Counted from the first letter of the stretch, positions 37,587 through 51,856 are shown. The stretch: DNA of 64,000 nucleotides from Octopus sinensis (GCF_006345805.1 NC_043003.1:94612001-94676000); one strand, 5' to 3'. Numbers and translations: made by a program. The notes: generated by a model from the letters alone, not told the origin.

Positions 37587-37741
37587 GGAGAAATTATACA
37601 AAATATATAAGTAGACAATGAGTAAAGCAAAAGCACAGTTTCGATAACCTGTAGATCATCTGTAGATTTATTGCAGGAACTTCATAGTGACGGTTGAGGT
37701 AAGAGCATTAATAAAATATGTGGACTAAAAGATTTTATTTA

Positions 37742-37784
37742 ATACAACACATGTTTTGACCTGTTCTGGGTCTCTTCGGGTACA
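37742..37784 (-). ncRNA. Decayed type I hammerhead motif
   Basis: Minus: TGTAC-CCGAAGA-GACCcagaacaGGTC-AAAA-CatgtG-TT-GTAT then AATAAA. Stem II is perfect; GAAA reads AAAA, consistent with CpG decay. Confidence 0.5.
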
Positions 37785-37998
37785 TAAATAAAAAAAAATA
37801 GAAGTCTCGCTAGAGATCTTCTGATTCAGTTTTACATGCGCTATATGTGGTGTACTAAATAAAATCTTTTATTCCATTTATTTTATTAATACTATATATA
37901 TGTATGTATATATATATATATGTACATATATATATATGTACATATGTATATATGTACATATATATATATGTATGTATATATATATATGTGTGTATATA

Positions 37999-38034
<36 letters not shown>

Positions 38035-39090
38035 TGTATGTATGTATGTATGTATGTGTGTGTATGTATATACATATATATATATGTATGTATGTATGTA
38101 TGTGTGTGTATGTATATACATATATATATATATATATGTATGCATGAATGTATGTATGTATGTATGTATGTATGTATTTATGTACGTATGAATTCATGTA
38201 GGGGTTCAATGGCCTTCTTTCACTTTGGGCAACTCAAAGTTACAGCTGAAGACATTTGCGCAAGGTGCCATGCAGTGGGACTGAACCCCAAATCATGTGC
38301 TTGGAAAACAAACTCCTTAACCTAACAGCCCACCTACACCTATACTAAGCCACCTTTATGAATAAAAACTTATGTTGAACAGTGCTGTAAAAGTTAACAT
38401 TAGTTTGTTTTTTTTATTATTATATACTCTATTACTCACATCTTCACTTTACCATCTTGTTACTTTCTTTGATATTGTAATATTTTAGTATTACGATACT
38501 AAAGTATAGTATTTGAGAATGAATGATGTTTCTTGAATGGCCTAAAATAACTGCAATTAATTTGATTAAATTATAAAGTTAATATTTCATACGTTTATTA
38601 ATTAAATGATTTCATTTTCCCATATGCATCCAATCAAAAATTTGTTTTTTATTTATTTTGATTAATATCTTTACACATGCATCCAATGAAATGCTTCCTT
38701 TTTGTTTTCATTGTCTGAATATTTTTATTAATGGTTTCCTGATTCATTTCTCAAATTCCATCTACAAATCAGAGATGTGAGACTCGGAACTTTGAAATTT
38801 CAGTTTTAATATATATATACATACATATATATATATATATTACATATATTTTCCATCTCTCTATATGTAAATTATATAAGAAATTTACCAGGCCACAAAC
38901 ATACCCACACTATCATGTGTGTGTGTGTGTATGTGCATGCTTATCTGTCTCCGTGTGTGCTATGTACGTGTGTGTGTTTGTGCCTATAAATATATATATG
39001 TTTTCTGTCTATATCTAGATTATATGATACTTACAAGACCACAAGCCCACCCACTACTTCACATACATGTGTTTGTGTGCATGTGTGTGT

Positions 39091-39500
39091 AAGAGATATC
39101 CTAATTGAAGCATTTGATGAGAAGGAGAAAGAGGTAGGGACATATGACACAGAGGGCAACTGGAAGTTCTTGCAGGATAACCGACTAAGGGCAACAGACC
39201 AAATCTCTGGCTGGATCAAATCTTCTGCCAAACCAAATGTGGCATGGAACTGTGAGGTTGACAGGGCATAAAAGTGAAGCGGTGGGTTTGGAAAGAGTGG
39301 AAAAGTGAAGGTAGCAAAGAACCATGTCAGATAGCTAAAAGGGAAGCTAGGTGACAGGTTTATTTAGTAAGAGCAGAAGCACAAAGGATGAAGTTTGCAA
39401 AATGTCTTGCAGTGTAAGAATCAGAGATGAGAATCAAGATGTTGTGAGAGAGAAGAGTGTATTGATGGATAATGGTATACTTGCACATAGGGATGCTGAT
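39091..39500 (+). pseudogene. RTE LINE ORF2 fragment (region between endonuclease and RT)
   Basis: RDILIEAFDEKEKEV...NWKFLQDNRLRATDQISGWIKSSAKPNVAWN.EVDRA*..KRWVWKEWK...AKREAR.QVYL...RIRDENQDVVREKSV, with stops and frameshifts. Confidence 0.8.
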
Positions 39501-39660
39501 AATGTCATCCCCAGCATTGTCATCAACTATTAAAAGGGTAGAAGAGATGATTTAGACAGAAGTAATTAACTGTTGTCTTTATCCTTTCTTATGACCACCT
39601 TCTTGCTCCTTTAGAGTATGTTCTAGCACTCAGTCACAACCTTCCTCACATCTCCTTCAC

Positions 39661-39908
39661 GGAGGTACATGGCTTAGTGGTTAGGGTGTTAGACTCATGA
39701 TCATAAAATTGTGGTTTCAATTCCTGGGCCAGGCAATGCGTTGTGTTCTTGAGCAAAACACTTCATTTCATGTTGCTCCACTCCACTCAGCAGGCAAAAA
39801 TGAGTAATAAGGCAATGGAATGGCATCCCATCCAGGTGGGGGAGGATTTATAGAAACTTGAAAACCAGCCCTTATGAGTCGGTATGACTTGAGATAGTAT
39901 CTTTAACT
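39661..39908 (+). mobile_element. SINE family C
   Basis: Homologous to 12561-12805. Confidence 0.85.
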
Positions 39909-40667
39909 TTTACATGTCTCCTTCAGCCATGCATTTCCTCTACACTAAGACACCTGTGCTTATGCCTCCATCATATGTTAGCTTTCCAACACCTGGCATA
40001 AAGCCACCCCACCTCCAGCTTCCTCTCCTAAATACTTCCTCTTAGTAGTGGAGGCTATTTTTGCCATTCCTTTTCCTCTGTTCTTTTGTCTTGCAAGTTT
40101 CATGGCAGCTCTCAGTAGTGCTGGTGGCACTTTAAAAGCACCCCAGTACACTCTGTAAAGTTGTTGGCGTTAAGAAGGGCATCCACCAGTAGAAACCATA
40201 TGAAAGCAGACATTCAAGCCTGATGAAGCCCTGTAGCTTGTTGGTTCAGTGTCAAATCTTCCAACAACTGTTAACATGAAAAGATAAATGATGATGATGA
40301 TGAGGAGGAGGAGGAAGGGGAGGAGGGGGAGGGGTGATATATGTATGTATGTATGTATGTATGTGCATATGTATGTATGTATGTATGTATGTATGAGGCG
40401 TATTCCATGCGTAAATACACATGACAAGCAGTATGCATTAATAAACCAAATTCTTAAAACTCTTAGAGAATATACAAACATATTTTAACAAGAAAAAATT
40501 TTTTTTTAGAAATGTATGTTTATAAATATATATATATATATGGGAGGGGGTGTAGCTACATATGTATGTATATAATATATGGTATATATATATATATATA
40601 TACTAGATATAATATATCTATATTGTATATTTATGTATATAGTATATGTATCTATTTTTATTTATGT

Positions 40668-40978
40668 GTCCTTTTCAAGCCTAGCCAGGCTCATGGGCCC
40701 AGTTTCCCGGTTTCTATGGCGTATGTGTTCCCTCCAGCTGGACGGGACACCAGTCCATCACAGTGTTACTCAAGAAACAGGAAGAAAAAGAGTGAGAGAA
40801 AGTTGGGGCAAAAGAGTACAACAGGGGTCGCCACCCCCCACCCCACCCCCTCCTGCCAGAGCCTTGTGGAGCTTTAGGTGTTTTCGCTCAATAAGCACAC
40901 ACAACACCCAGTCTGGGAATCGAAACTGCAATCCTCCGACCACGAGTCCACTGACCTAACCACTGGGCCTTTGCACCT
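40668..40978 (-). mobile_element. SINE family D, tail type 2 (L2-like)
   Basis: Same head and body as 34158 but ends ...GATGGACTGGTGTCCCGTCCAGC...GAAACTGGGCCCATGAGCCTGGCTAGGCTTGAAAAGGAC. Confidence 0.85.
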
Positions 40979-41013
40979 ACACATACGTATGTGTGTATGT
41001 GTGTGTGTGTGTG

Positions 41014-41056
<43 letters not shown>

Positions 41057-41093
41057 GTGTTGTGTGTGTGTGTGTGTATGTGTGTGTGTGGGT

Positions 41094-41128
<35 letters not shown>

Positions 41129-41658
41129 TGTTATGGAAGTGTGTACATCATTAAGGAGAATGGTAAAAAATATAAAGAAAGGAAGCATTACACTGTTTGC
41201 TTTTCTTTAGTATCTGAAGTATGTAAACGATATACACTCATAAATCAAGAATGTGATATGGAAAGCAAATCTTTATATTAGTATTTTGAGGTGTCTTACC
41301 CACAAGACGTTTCTGAATAAGGTGGAATAAGCATGTTCCATGCAAAATGATAATGTTTGTGAATGGTTTCGCAAATACATCTTCTGGGAGGTCCCAGATT
41401 TCATAGACAGAGTCAACAATTCTTCCAGCCCTTGCCAGCATGGAATTGGATATTAAAGGATAATGATGATGATGAAGATGATGATGATGATGATGATGTA
41501 CGTATCAGGTGCATACCATAAGTAAATACACAAGATAAGCAGTATGCATTAATAAAACGAATTTGTTCAAAACTCTGAGACAATGTACACAGATATTTCG
41601 ACAAGAAAATTATCTATTTAGAAAAGTATGTGTTTGTATGTACATACACACACACACA

Positions 41659-41705
<47 letters not shown>

Positions 41706-41865
41706 TACATACATTTACATATCTTCATTATCATTTAACATCCATCATATTTATCTCATAAAAGGTTACAGTCTACTCTCAGTTACATCCTTAGCTGGAC
41801 TTTTCCTGGCTGCTGGAAACAGTCCAGCTAAGGGTGAAACTCAACTCAGAGTAATCTGTCAGCTT

Positions 41866-41904
<39 letters not shown>

Positions 41905-41951
<47 letters not shown>

Positions 41952-42270
41952 GCTTAATGTCTGCTTTCCATGCAGGCATGGGTTGGACGATTTGACTGGA
42001 GACTGGTGACCCAGAAGGCTGCACCAGGCTGAATCTGATCTGGCAGTGTTTCTACAGCTGGATGCCCTTCCTAACGCCAACCACTCCGAGAGTGTAGTGG
42101 GTGTTTTTATGTGCCATCAGCACGAGGGCCAGTCAGGCAGTACTGGCAATGACCATGCTCAAAAGACGTTTTTTACATGCTACCTGCATGGGAGCCAGTC
42201 CGCCAGCATTGGCAACGACCACGCTCGAATGTTGTTTTTCATGTGCCACTGGTACATGTGCCAGTAAGGT
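41905..42270 (-). mobile_element. RTE-type 3' tail (family B)
   Basis: (CAT)n and diagnostic TTTCTACAGCTGGATGCCCTTCCTAACGCCAACCAC. Confidence 0.9.
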
Positions 42271-42638
42271 GACATATATATATATTGACTGCAGCCATGG
42301 TGAACTACCACCCTGAAGGGTTTTAAGCGAACAAATTGATCCCAGGACTTTTCTTAAGTCTAGCACTTATTCTATCAGTCTGTTTTGCCAAACCACTAAG
42401 TTACAGGGACATAAACAGACCAACACCGGTTGTCAAACAGAGGTGGAAGACAAACACAAGCACAAACACACACACACACAACAGGCTTCTTTCAGTTTCT
42501 ATCTACCAAATATAGTCACAAAGCTTCAGTCAACCTGAGGCTACAGCTTGAAGAACTTGCCCAAGTGGGACTTAACCCAGAACCATGTGGTTTGGAAGCA
42601 AGCCTCTTACCATGAAGCCACACCTATATACATAAATA

Positions 42639-43473
42639 CAAGGTGTCCCAAAAGTCTATACACTTTCTTTTTTCTATTTCGTTTCAGGTATCATTTGGAG
42701 ATGTGAGGCATTTGACACCTTAAACTTTGCAGTTTTTTTAAGTGTATTATTGCCTTGCCTGTGGCACAACATACCACCAGCTTTGAAGAGCCTCGTTTAT
42801 GTTCAAGAATCTCTGCTAGTTTTGATTTTCCCCAATTGTGTCGGTTTACCTGACCAGAGAGATAAAATAGATTCATTGCTGAACCATAAGTTTTCCAGAA
42901 CTGAGAGTCTTTTTGGCAATTGTGGAGGAGTGATTCACACATTTCCACATGAGCATCATAATCTTCCACTTGAAGCCTTTTGAACAACTTGAAGTCAGTA
43001 CGGGTAGAGTTTTATTACTCTCCGAAGCATCGGCTGAATTGAACTTTGTTGATGCTAAGTTCCAGTGTAGTCCTCTGGATGGACTTCCTATGGTTTTTCG
43101 CAAATGCCTGCTTCAGGAGTTCAGCGTTTTCATCAATGGTGGCCTTCCACTGCATGGTTTTTCAAGAACAGATCTTCTTTCAAGAAACTTGCTTTGGATA
43201 GCATAAATTATGCTACATGTTGGATCTGTGTGACAGCCATAAATCTTCTCAAACTTGCAATGAACTGCAGTAGCGGACTGAAAAACTTCTTGCCAGGTGG
43301 CAATTTTGCAACACTTCTTTAAAGTCAATTGGTGAGCCATGGTAAAGGGAATGATATACTTACAAAAAATACAAAGTCTAAGGTGTCAAATGCTGAAGGC
43401 CTCATGTCTCCCTGAATGATACCTGAGACGAAATAGAAAAAAGAAAGTGTATAGTGACTTTTGAGACACCATG
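42639..43473 (-). mobile_element. Internally deleted Tc1/mariner element with ~110-bp terminal inverted repeats
   Basis: Left TA-CAAGGTGTCCCAAAAGTC.TATACACTTTCTTTTTTCTATTTCG... is mirrored at 43360-43473. Minus-strand MAHQLTLKKCCKIATWQEVFQSATAV..KF..TGS-like..KPCSGRP HTH and 'F.LSGQVNRHN..W...E....S.KL.V.CA' catalytic-region remnant. Confidence 0.88.
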
Positions 43474-43541
43474 TGTGTGTGTGTATAATCATTATCATAA
43501 TTATAACCCCCATTTTCTTTTCGATTCTCATTATCATCATC

Positions 43542-43582
<41 letters not shown>

Positions 43583-45061
43583 TTAATGTCCACTTTTCCA
43601 TGCATGCATGTTTCAGACAGAGCATATTTAAGGCAGATTTTCTACAGCCAGATTCCCTTTCTGCCAGCAACCTTCACCTGTTTCCAAGCAAGATAACATT
43701 TCCCCGGTGGTAAGACATGTTCTTGCAGAATTTTGGAAATAAGGAACACTGTTTGCACGATAGTGACAATCATTTACCACTATCATGCAATGTCAAGACA
43801 AAGAAACCCAAACACACACCTTCACACAGGCACATCTTCATATATACACTCTTTCTCTCTCTATCTCACACACACACATGACAGGTTTCATTCAGTTTCT
43901 GTCAACCAAATCGATCTACATGACTTTGGTCAGCCTGGGGCTATAGTAGAAGACATTTGCCCAAGTACCATATAGTGGGACAGAAACCAAAGCTACATAC
44001 TTAAAACAGAAATAGTTTACATTTTTGTTTTGCTTTTGTTTTGTCTTTCATTTGAAAGTTCAGTAAGTTACTATTATTTTATATACTCACATGAAATATA
44101 ATAGACTTTACCAGTCATAGCAGGCACTTCTACTATATTCATAAACTTTAACTGATCTTCAGATCACATTGAATAATGTAATCCACAAGGCATGATTGTC
44201 ATGGATAGAAAGTCTTCAATCATAGGTCTATGCAATCAAGGCTGATAAGCAGTAAAACAGCAACAATAGCTTTGACAGATATTTTGTAAAGACAAAGTTG
44301 AAGTATATACCTGTGTTTATTAGCTACCCAGTTATGTCTATTACATGAAAACAGAACAATGGGACAAATCTGTCTCCAAGAACACTTAACAATCGAACAA
44401 CATAGTTACTAACACAGCTGGAAAAGAGCAAGGGGAAGAACAAGGGTGATCCACTTCAGGCAGCACTATTAATATGTATGAGATGCTTTCATAAAGTATC
44501 CAACTTTATGTTTTCTTGTCAAAGCTAATGCCTTTGGCTAGGAGGTGATAATGCCTTTCCTGTGCCACTTATCACCCAAACAATCTTGCCAACAGAGCCT
44601 TAGTTTTGGTTGGACACTTTATGAATGCACCACTTAAGTATTATGTCCTGTTTTTGTAGGACAGGGAGGTAAACTTCATGATTATCATTATGATGATGAT
44701 GATTATCATCATAATCATCATCATGTTCATCATAACCATTTAACGCCTGTCTTTGATGAACACATGGGTTACGTTGTTCAACAAGATCCAGCAAACTGGA
44801 GGACTGCATCAAACTCCAGCGTCTACTTTGGCATGGTTTCTACAGCCAGGTGCCATTCTAACACCAACCACATTACAGAATGTACTGGGTACTTTTCCAT
44901 TGTTGTTTACATATGGCAAACCTTATGTAGACCTTACGTTATGCTGTTCATGATAGTGAGGAAGCAAGCTTAAGAACCACTACAGAGAGCACAAATTCAA
45001 AAACTTGAGTGGACAATCCATTTATCTCTAAATAAGTTCTGTAAATAGGTAAAAGGTAAAT

Positions 45062-45390
45062 GTGCATGGCTCAGTGGTTAGAGCATCGGGCTCACAATCA
45101 TGAGGTAGTGAGTTTGATTCCTGGACTGGGCTGTGTGTCATATTCTTGAGCAAGATACTTTGTTTCACATTGCTCCAGTTCACTCAGCTATAGAAATGAG
45201 TTGCAACATCACTGGTGCCAAGCCATGTCAGCCTTTGCCTTTCCCTTGGATAACGTCAGTGGTATGGAGAGAGGCTGGTATGCATGGGTGACTGCTGGTC
45301 TACCATAGACAACCTTGCCTACACTTGTACCTTGGAGGGGAAATTTCTAGGTGCAATCGCAGGGTCATTTATGACCAAAAGGGGTCTTTA
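45062..45390 (+). mobile_element. SINE family C-related element with long tail
   Basis: TGGCTCAGTGGTTAGAGC A-box, GTTTGATTCC B-box-like, TTGAGCAAGATACTT body. Confidence 0.8.
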
Positions 45391-48300
45391 ACCTTAAATA
45401 GTTATGTGGTGTGCTCAGTTCAAATTTTACACAAGAGCATAGTCCAGAAAGAGATGGATTTTGCTTAGTAGTATTCTCATTGACAAGGTCAAAATCTCCA
45501 TCAGGCCACACTGATATGGTGGATTATAGGACTGACTATAGACGACTCTGTACTCTTTTGTTCTTTGTTTCAGTCACTGGACTGCAGCTATGCTAGGGCA
45601 CAGACTTGAAGGATATTGTCAAACAAATTGCTCTCAGCTAGCTACTTATTCTATCGGTTGCTTTTTGCTGAACCACTAAGTTACAGGAACATAACTAAGC
45701 CAACACCAGCTATCAAGTGGTGAACAAATATAAACACACACACTCACACACACAAACACGCACATGTACACACACACACACATGTATATATATAAACTAT
45801 GAGTTTCTTTCAGTTTCCTCTCCCAGATCCATTCACATAGCAGCATAGTTGTCCCAAAGCAATAGCAGAAGTTACTTACCCGAGGTGCCACACAGTGGGA
45901 CTGAACCTGGAACCATGCAGTTGAGAAGCAATCTTCTTGCCATACAACCACACCTGCACTTACTTTTATGTGTATGTCTTCTGTGTTGTATCCGTATGTG
46001 TGTGTATTTTTGTGTATACATATTAATTGCTTGTGTGTATGTGTGTGTTTACGTGTGTATATATGTATAAGTGTATCTATGTGTGTCTGTATGTATGTGT
46101 GTGTGGTATATATGTTTGTGTGTACATGTGGATATTGCATGTGCATGCATACTTAATAAACATTACATGTTGACCACGGTCACCATGATATAGGATACAC
46201 AGTCATGTATTGACAATTTATAATGAGAACTGTATGAAAGGATAGCGATTCTGAACCATTGTGGTGATGGAGAACGATGTTGATAAGAAGAATTATACTG
46301 ATTATTTGATTTTGTTTTCTTTAATTAGATTTTAATCTTCATTGTTGCATGTCAAAACTGAGATATTTCAAATTCCATCTTCCTTCATGTCAAGCGATCG
46401 TTGTTGTCGATGTGCTGTGGCACTCATGGCCCATCGTAATTAAATGAATTATTGAAAATAACTGGTTTAAAGCCAAGGAAATCTAGACAGCAGTGCTGTA
46501 AAGGTGCAACGGATGAGAGTTCAACGTGTCTCGATGAATAACAAGATAACATTAGCCATCATAAGTCTAGTTGTTGTTTAACATTACGTCAATACTGGTC
46601 GATCAAATTTATAATAAAAGACGTTCTAACCAAGGCCATCACACATTTTTACATACCCAGAACTATAACGTTCAATATATTCTTCCTTCCATTTTTCTGT
46701 TTTTCTTTGTTACCATTTAATAAAAAAAAATGTTTGCATCTGATTTGACCAAGATTGACTGTTTTTTGCAGCAAGTAAACCCTTTAAATATCAACCAGCC
46801 CCTGGAAACTATCATACAAACTTCCTATTTTAAAGTGAGCTAAATACAAATTTCCCAATAAAATTTCATAGACACCACCATGTGGCTTAGTGGTTAGGGT
46901 GTAGGACTCACGATCCTAAGGTTGTGGTTTCAATTCCTAGACTACGCGATGCATTATGTTCTTGAGTAAAACACTTCACTTCATGTTGTTCCAGTCCATT
47001 CAGCTGTAGAAATGAGTTTAGCCTGGAGAGGGATGGGTTCTGCTAGGCTTTCTCATTCTAGACATGCTGCATGCCTGTAGCACCTCACGAACCCCAAGGG
47101 GTTAAGGGACTTGTCAATTGTCAATACATCAACTGGGGCACCCACAGAAGGCAGACTGCAAAGACCAGACCACCTTGAGTAAGAAATGACTTTGGGCACA
47201 CACAATGTACCACAGCTAGACTTCCACATGTCACAGCACAGTTCTCTCCTCCCAGTCAACAGTTATATTATTAGTGTCTCTCTTTTGTAAATAACCAATG
47301 CAGTAAATCATGTCCAGCAGTAAAGCAGTAAATATGTTAAAAGTAAAGTGTAAAGAGCTTAAAAGTCACACTCCATGCAGACTTTTAAGTTAGCTCCTGC
47401 AAAGGCTAATTGGACTCACAGCCTAAAACTAAAGAGAGCTAAATTTCATGACTTTTATACATTTATAGTGACTATATGCCCTGGTAGTGTTTGATAGCGG
47501 GTTAAGGATGGATAAGAATTAATTCTTTAATGCAATCATTCTAAAGTTCCAGTCCCAATTTGAATTCGAACTGTTGGCCAATTTGTCCCAAAGTTCTTAT
47601 CTCAACTTAAAATTAACAAAGCAAATATCCTTTACCTCCCTATTGGTCCCTGATGTCATCTGGCAAACGCCAACCAAGATGGTATGTATCAGTCAAGCTT
47701 TACCTGCTAGAAATAGCAACCCAAATGCTTTTAAGTCAGATCCCAATGCAGGATGTTGAAGAATCAAATGAAGGGCATATTTTCAATCCCAAGATCATCC
47801 TGATTCCAAAAAGGTACAATATGCTTATGTAGAGCAAATGGAGACTGAAATACAGGGTCCCAGACAGACAGAATTTTGCAATTTATTATTATAGATAGAT
47901 GATGCCTGCTAGAACACATGACAATGGTCTTCAACAATACAGCACACACCAACAAGCAACCATTTCCCCCACAACGTAGGTGAAAAACACCCTCGAGATA
48001 ATATGTACCTCTTTGCCCCTTGACATTGTGTAATGGTTATAAATGAGTGTTACTGCAATACAAGAAGTGTCATTTGTTTCCAAACCTTGAAAACATGTCC
48101 AGTCATGAGGAACTATTACCTTGCTTGGAAACAGGTGTGGGCTAGTGGCAGGAAGGACTTCCAGCCATAGAAAGTCTGGTTCAACAAATTATATCTCGCT
48201 CATGCAGACATGTTTAAAAAGGCCATGATACAATGAATGAGATGATGATGATGGTGGTGGCTGTGTCAGTGACAGCAGTGGTGGTCATGGTAGTGATGAT

Positions 48301-48439
48301 GATGATGATGACGGTGGTGGTGGTGGTGGTGGTGGTGGTGGTGGTGGTGGTGGTGATGGTGGTAGTGGTGGTGGTGGTGGTGGTGGTTGTGATTACTCTC
48401 TAGGATACAGTCTGGGCAATGTTTTTGCATGAGGTCCCT

Positions 48440-48910
48440 ATCAAAAAAAAATCCTGGGGAAGTTGTGGTGATCGCTTAAAGTGGAGCGAAAACACTGAAC
48501 CTTATGTAGGAAATGACAGAAGGCTTGATATATGTGACACATTGCTGTACTTGAGAAGACCCACCCACCACAACAGAATTGGGGTTCTAAAGCCAAGGTG
48601 CCACACAAGAAGTGTTTGTGTGGGTGTTGGTGCCATGTAAAAAGCACTGGTGCTGGTGCCAGTCCTACATAGAAAGCACCCAGTAGAGTCTGTGGAGTGA
48701 CTGGCACAAGGAAGGGCATCCAACCATAGAAACCAAATCAAAACAGGTTATGGAACCTGATATGGGCCCTGGCCTTACTGGTGCCTGTAAAGCTGTTGAA
48801 CCCATGCCAGCAAGGAAAATGGACATTAAATGATGATGGTGATGAGGATGATGATGATGAGGATGATGATGATGATGATGACGACGACGACGATGATGAT
48901 GATGATGATG
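48440..48910 (+). mobile_element. RTE LINE 3' end: decayed ORF2 C-terminus contiguous with family B tail
   Basis: KKSWG.VV...LNL..EMTE..D....AVLEKTHP remnants followed by GGAAGGGCATCCAACCATAGAAACC...(GAT)n, linking family B tails to RTE. Confidence 0.65.
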
Positions 48911-49166
48911 TGTGATTGTGAAACCAAGAATTTGTCATAACTTTAACTGTATTGTACAGGAGTGTAATATTACCATGTTGGTTCCTTTACAGAAACACAC
49001 ACACACACACAGAGTTACAATGTCTTAGTGATAGTGTAGAAACCTACTGGAGATGCTTTTGATGTTTTATGTTTACAGAAGCAGTGTAAGACTGGCATAA
49101 AGTATCTGGATTGCATGAATTTAATGCTTTTGCATTAAAAAGGTTAATGAGAAATAAAGAGTAGTA

Positions 49167-49401
49167 CCTGTTTCTTTACTACCCACAAGGGGCTAAACAC
49201 AGAGAGGACAAACAAGGACAGACAAACGGATTAAGTCGATTATATCGACCCCAGCGTGCAACTGGTACTTAATTTATCAACCCCGGAAGGATGAAAGGCA
49301 AAGTCGACCTCGTCAGAATTTGAACTCAGAACGTAACGGCAGACGAAATGTCACTCAGCATTTCGCCCAGCGTGCTAACGTTTCTGCCAGCTCGCTGCCT
49401 T
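49167..49401 (-). mobile_element. Young full-length SINE family E with 16-bp target-site duplication
   Basis: AATAAAGAGT(A/T)GTACC at 49153-49168 and 49402-49417. Confidence 0.92.
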
Positions 49402-50049
49402 AATAAAGAGTTGTACCATCATAGTACGACTGTAATTGGTTAGCAGAATGAGCACATCAATAATGTATAGAATAAAGAATTGGAAGAATGTGGCAAGTTA
49501 TAGTGGAGTGGTATGACAGGAAATGCTCAATCTCTAAACTGAGACACAGATGGAGTCTATAAGTGGTCAAAATGATAAGTGGATTGTGATTTGAGATATT
49601 GAAAATAAGTGTCTTAGTCACAGACAAAGTGAATTGCTATTGTTTTTTTTTTAGTAATTTTGTTTTTGTTTTATTTTACTTCTGACTATACTACCAATCA
49701 AACACAGTATCTGCCATCATCTACTACACTGGAGTTTGCATGGCTAAGTTGTACACGAAACTTGAGAGTCTGGTGAGGGTTAGGGTTGTTCATCATTGAA
49801 ACGGTGCCAAGTGTTGCAATGCCAAGTGTTGCAATGATGATGATGATGATGATGAAGTGGACAAGGAGGATGGCGCAGTAGTGGTGGTAACAATTGCAAT
49901 GACAACAACAATGATGACGACGACAACAACAATGATGATGATGAAGATGATGAGGTGGACAAGAAGGAGGATGGTGGTAGTGGTGATGACAATTGCAACA
50001 ATGACAACAACAATGATGATGATTATAACAGCAATAATGATGATGATAA

Positions 50050-50080
<31 letters not shown>

Positions 50081-51063
50081 GATGGTGATGATGATGACAC
50101 TAGAGTGGTGGTGGCAATGATAAAAAACAAAATGGTGATAATGATAAAGGTGATGATTGTGAATATTAATTATCACAATCCTATGCCTCAAAACATTGAG
50201 ATTTTGCTTGAATATTTAGTGTTACAAAAGCAATATATCGATATCCTTGACATCCATGAACAAATGCATATAGTTCAACTTCGAACAAATATAGGATTTA
50301 ACTCCAGAACAAACAAGCAATGACCCTTAGTACTGTCTAAACTGATACATACACACACAAGCACACACGCATACACACACACAAACACACTCACACAAAC
50401 ACATATACACAAATACAATTGTTCATATACACCTTACCCTCCACCCTTCTTAACCTTCTCTCTCTCAGAACTGCATTTCTCTCCATTTCTAACCATTTGT
50501 CTCTTATTTTTTCCTCTTACTGATATCTCCCTTTCTCACTCACTCTATGTTTTTCTCATTCTTCTGATGAAGGACTATCGTGCAAAATATTAAGACATTT
50601 TCTCTTTCAGTTAAAGTGTTAAGCTAATGCTCTATTTGTTAAACCTTGACTCTCCTGTATTGCCTTCTTTTATTGTTTATTGCATTTACAATCTATGTGT
50701 GAGTGTGTATTTATGCATGTTTATCTGTGTGCATTTGTGTGAGTGAATTCATATTTCCCTAACCTCTGTATGACTTCTTTCAGTGGCTATAAACAATAGC
50801 ATCAGTGACAGTGTCATCTGCTAACAATCCACTGTGAAAGCATATCAGGGCTTCTTGAACATCTCTTGACATGTTGTACAATCTTTGTTAATAAAATGCT
50901 CATTTATTCATAGTTGCCTGTTTCCACTCCTCAGTATAAACTTATTTGATTTTCCTGTTGCTTGACAGATAGGGAACAAGCACAAGTTGGTCTCTGGAAA
51001 GGTATCCAGTCACAAAACACTCTACCCCAACATACTCTTAATTGATTTATGCAAGTATGGAGA

Positions 51064-51384
51064 ACTCTTTACTCTTTCACTTGTTTCAGTCATTTGACTG
51101 CAGCCATGCTGGAGCACCGCCTTTAGTCGAGCAAATCGACCCCAGAACTTATTCTTTGTAAGCCTAGTACTTATTTTATCGGTCTCTTTTGCAGCATCGG
51201 TTGTCAATATATACATATATAAGACGGGCTTCTTTCAGTTTCTGTCTACTAAATCCACTCATAAGGCTTTGGTTGGTCCGAGGCTATAGTAGAAGACACT
51301 TGCCCAAAGTGCCACGCAGTGGGACTGAAACTGGAACCATGTGGTTGGTAAGCAAGCTACTTACCACACAACCACTCCTACGCC
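51064..51384 (-). mobile_element. SINE family A with internal deletion
   Basis: Tail-to-head reverse complement, missing part of the central segment. Confidence 0.88.
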
Positions 51385-51825
51385 TACTAAGCTGAAATTA
51401 AAACAATGATGATCATCCCCTTAATGTAATAATTGTAAAATATATATAAGTATCTATAACATATGACGCAAATGTAATCTGATATAGAACTTAACACTTG
51501 GTATCAAATAGATATGTTTATTATTTCAAAAAGTTAAATTCTATTTGAGTGCAGCTGAAGTGAAGGGTCCTCTAACAACTATAGTCATGCAAATGTAATG
51601 GAAAGTTTTGGTTCTGTACTGGAGTGGGTAGAGAGCTTTGCTAATTGTGTTTCAGAATGTAGAATGCTGGAAAGAAAATGAGTCAACAGGAACTAGTTTT
51701 TTGGGGGAATTTATATATTAGGAGATGAGCCTGTGACTGTTTCTGAAGCACTAAGTAATGTTTCTCTTTTTAGATTGTGTGTGTAGGGAACTTTATCCAT
51801 ATGTATGCAGACATTCATACTCAAT

Positions 51826-51856
<31 letters not shown>

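Noticed and set aside
49775-49795. GGTTAGGGTT telomere-like motif
   Set aside because: Fewer than two full units; expected by chance.
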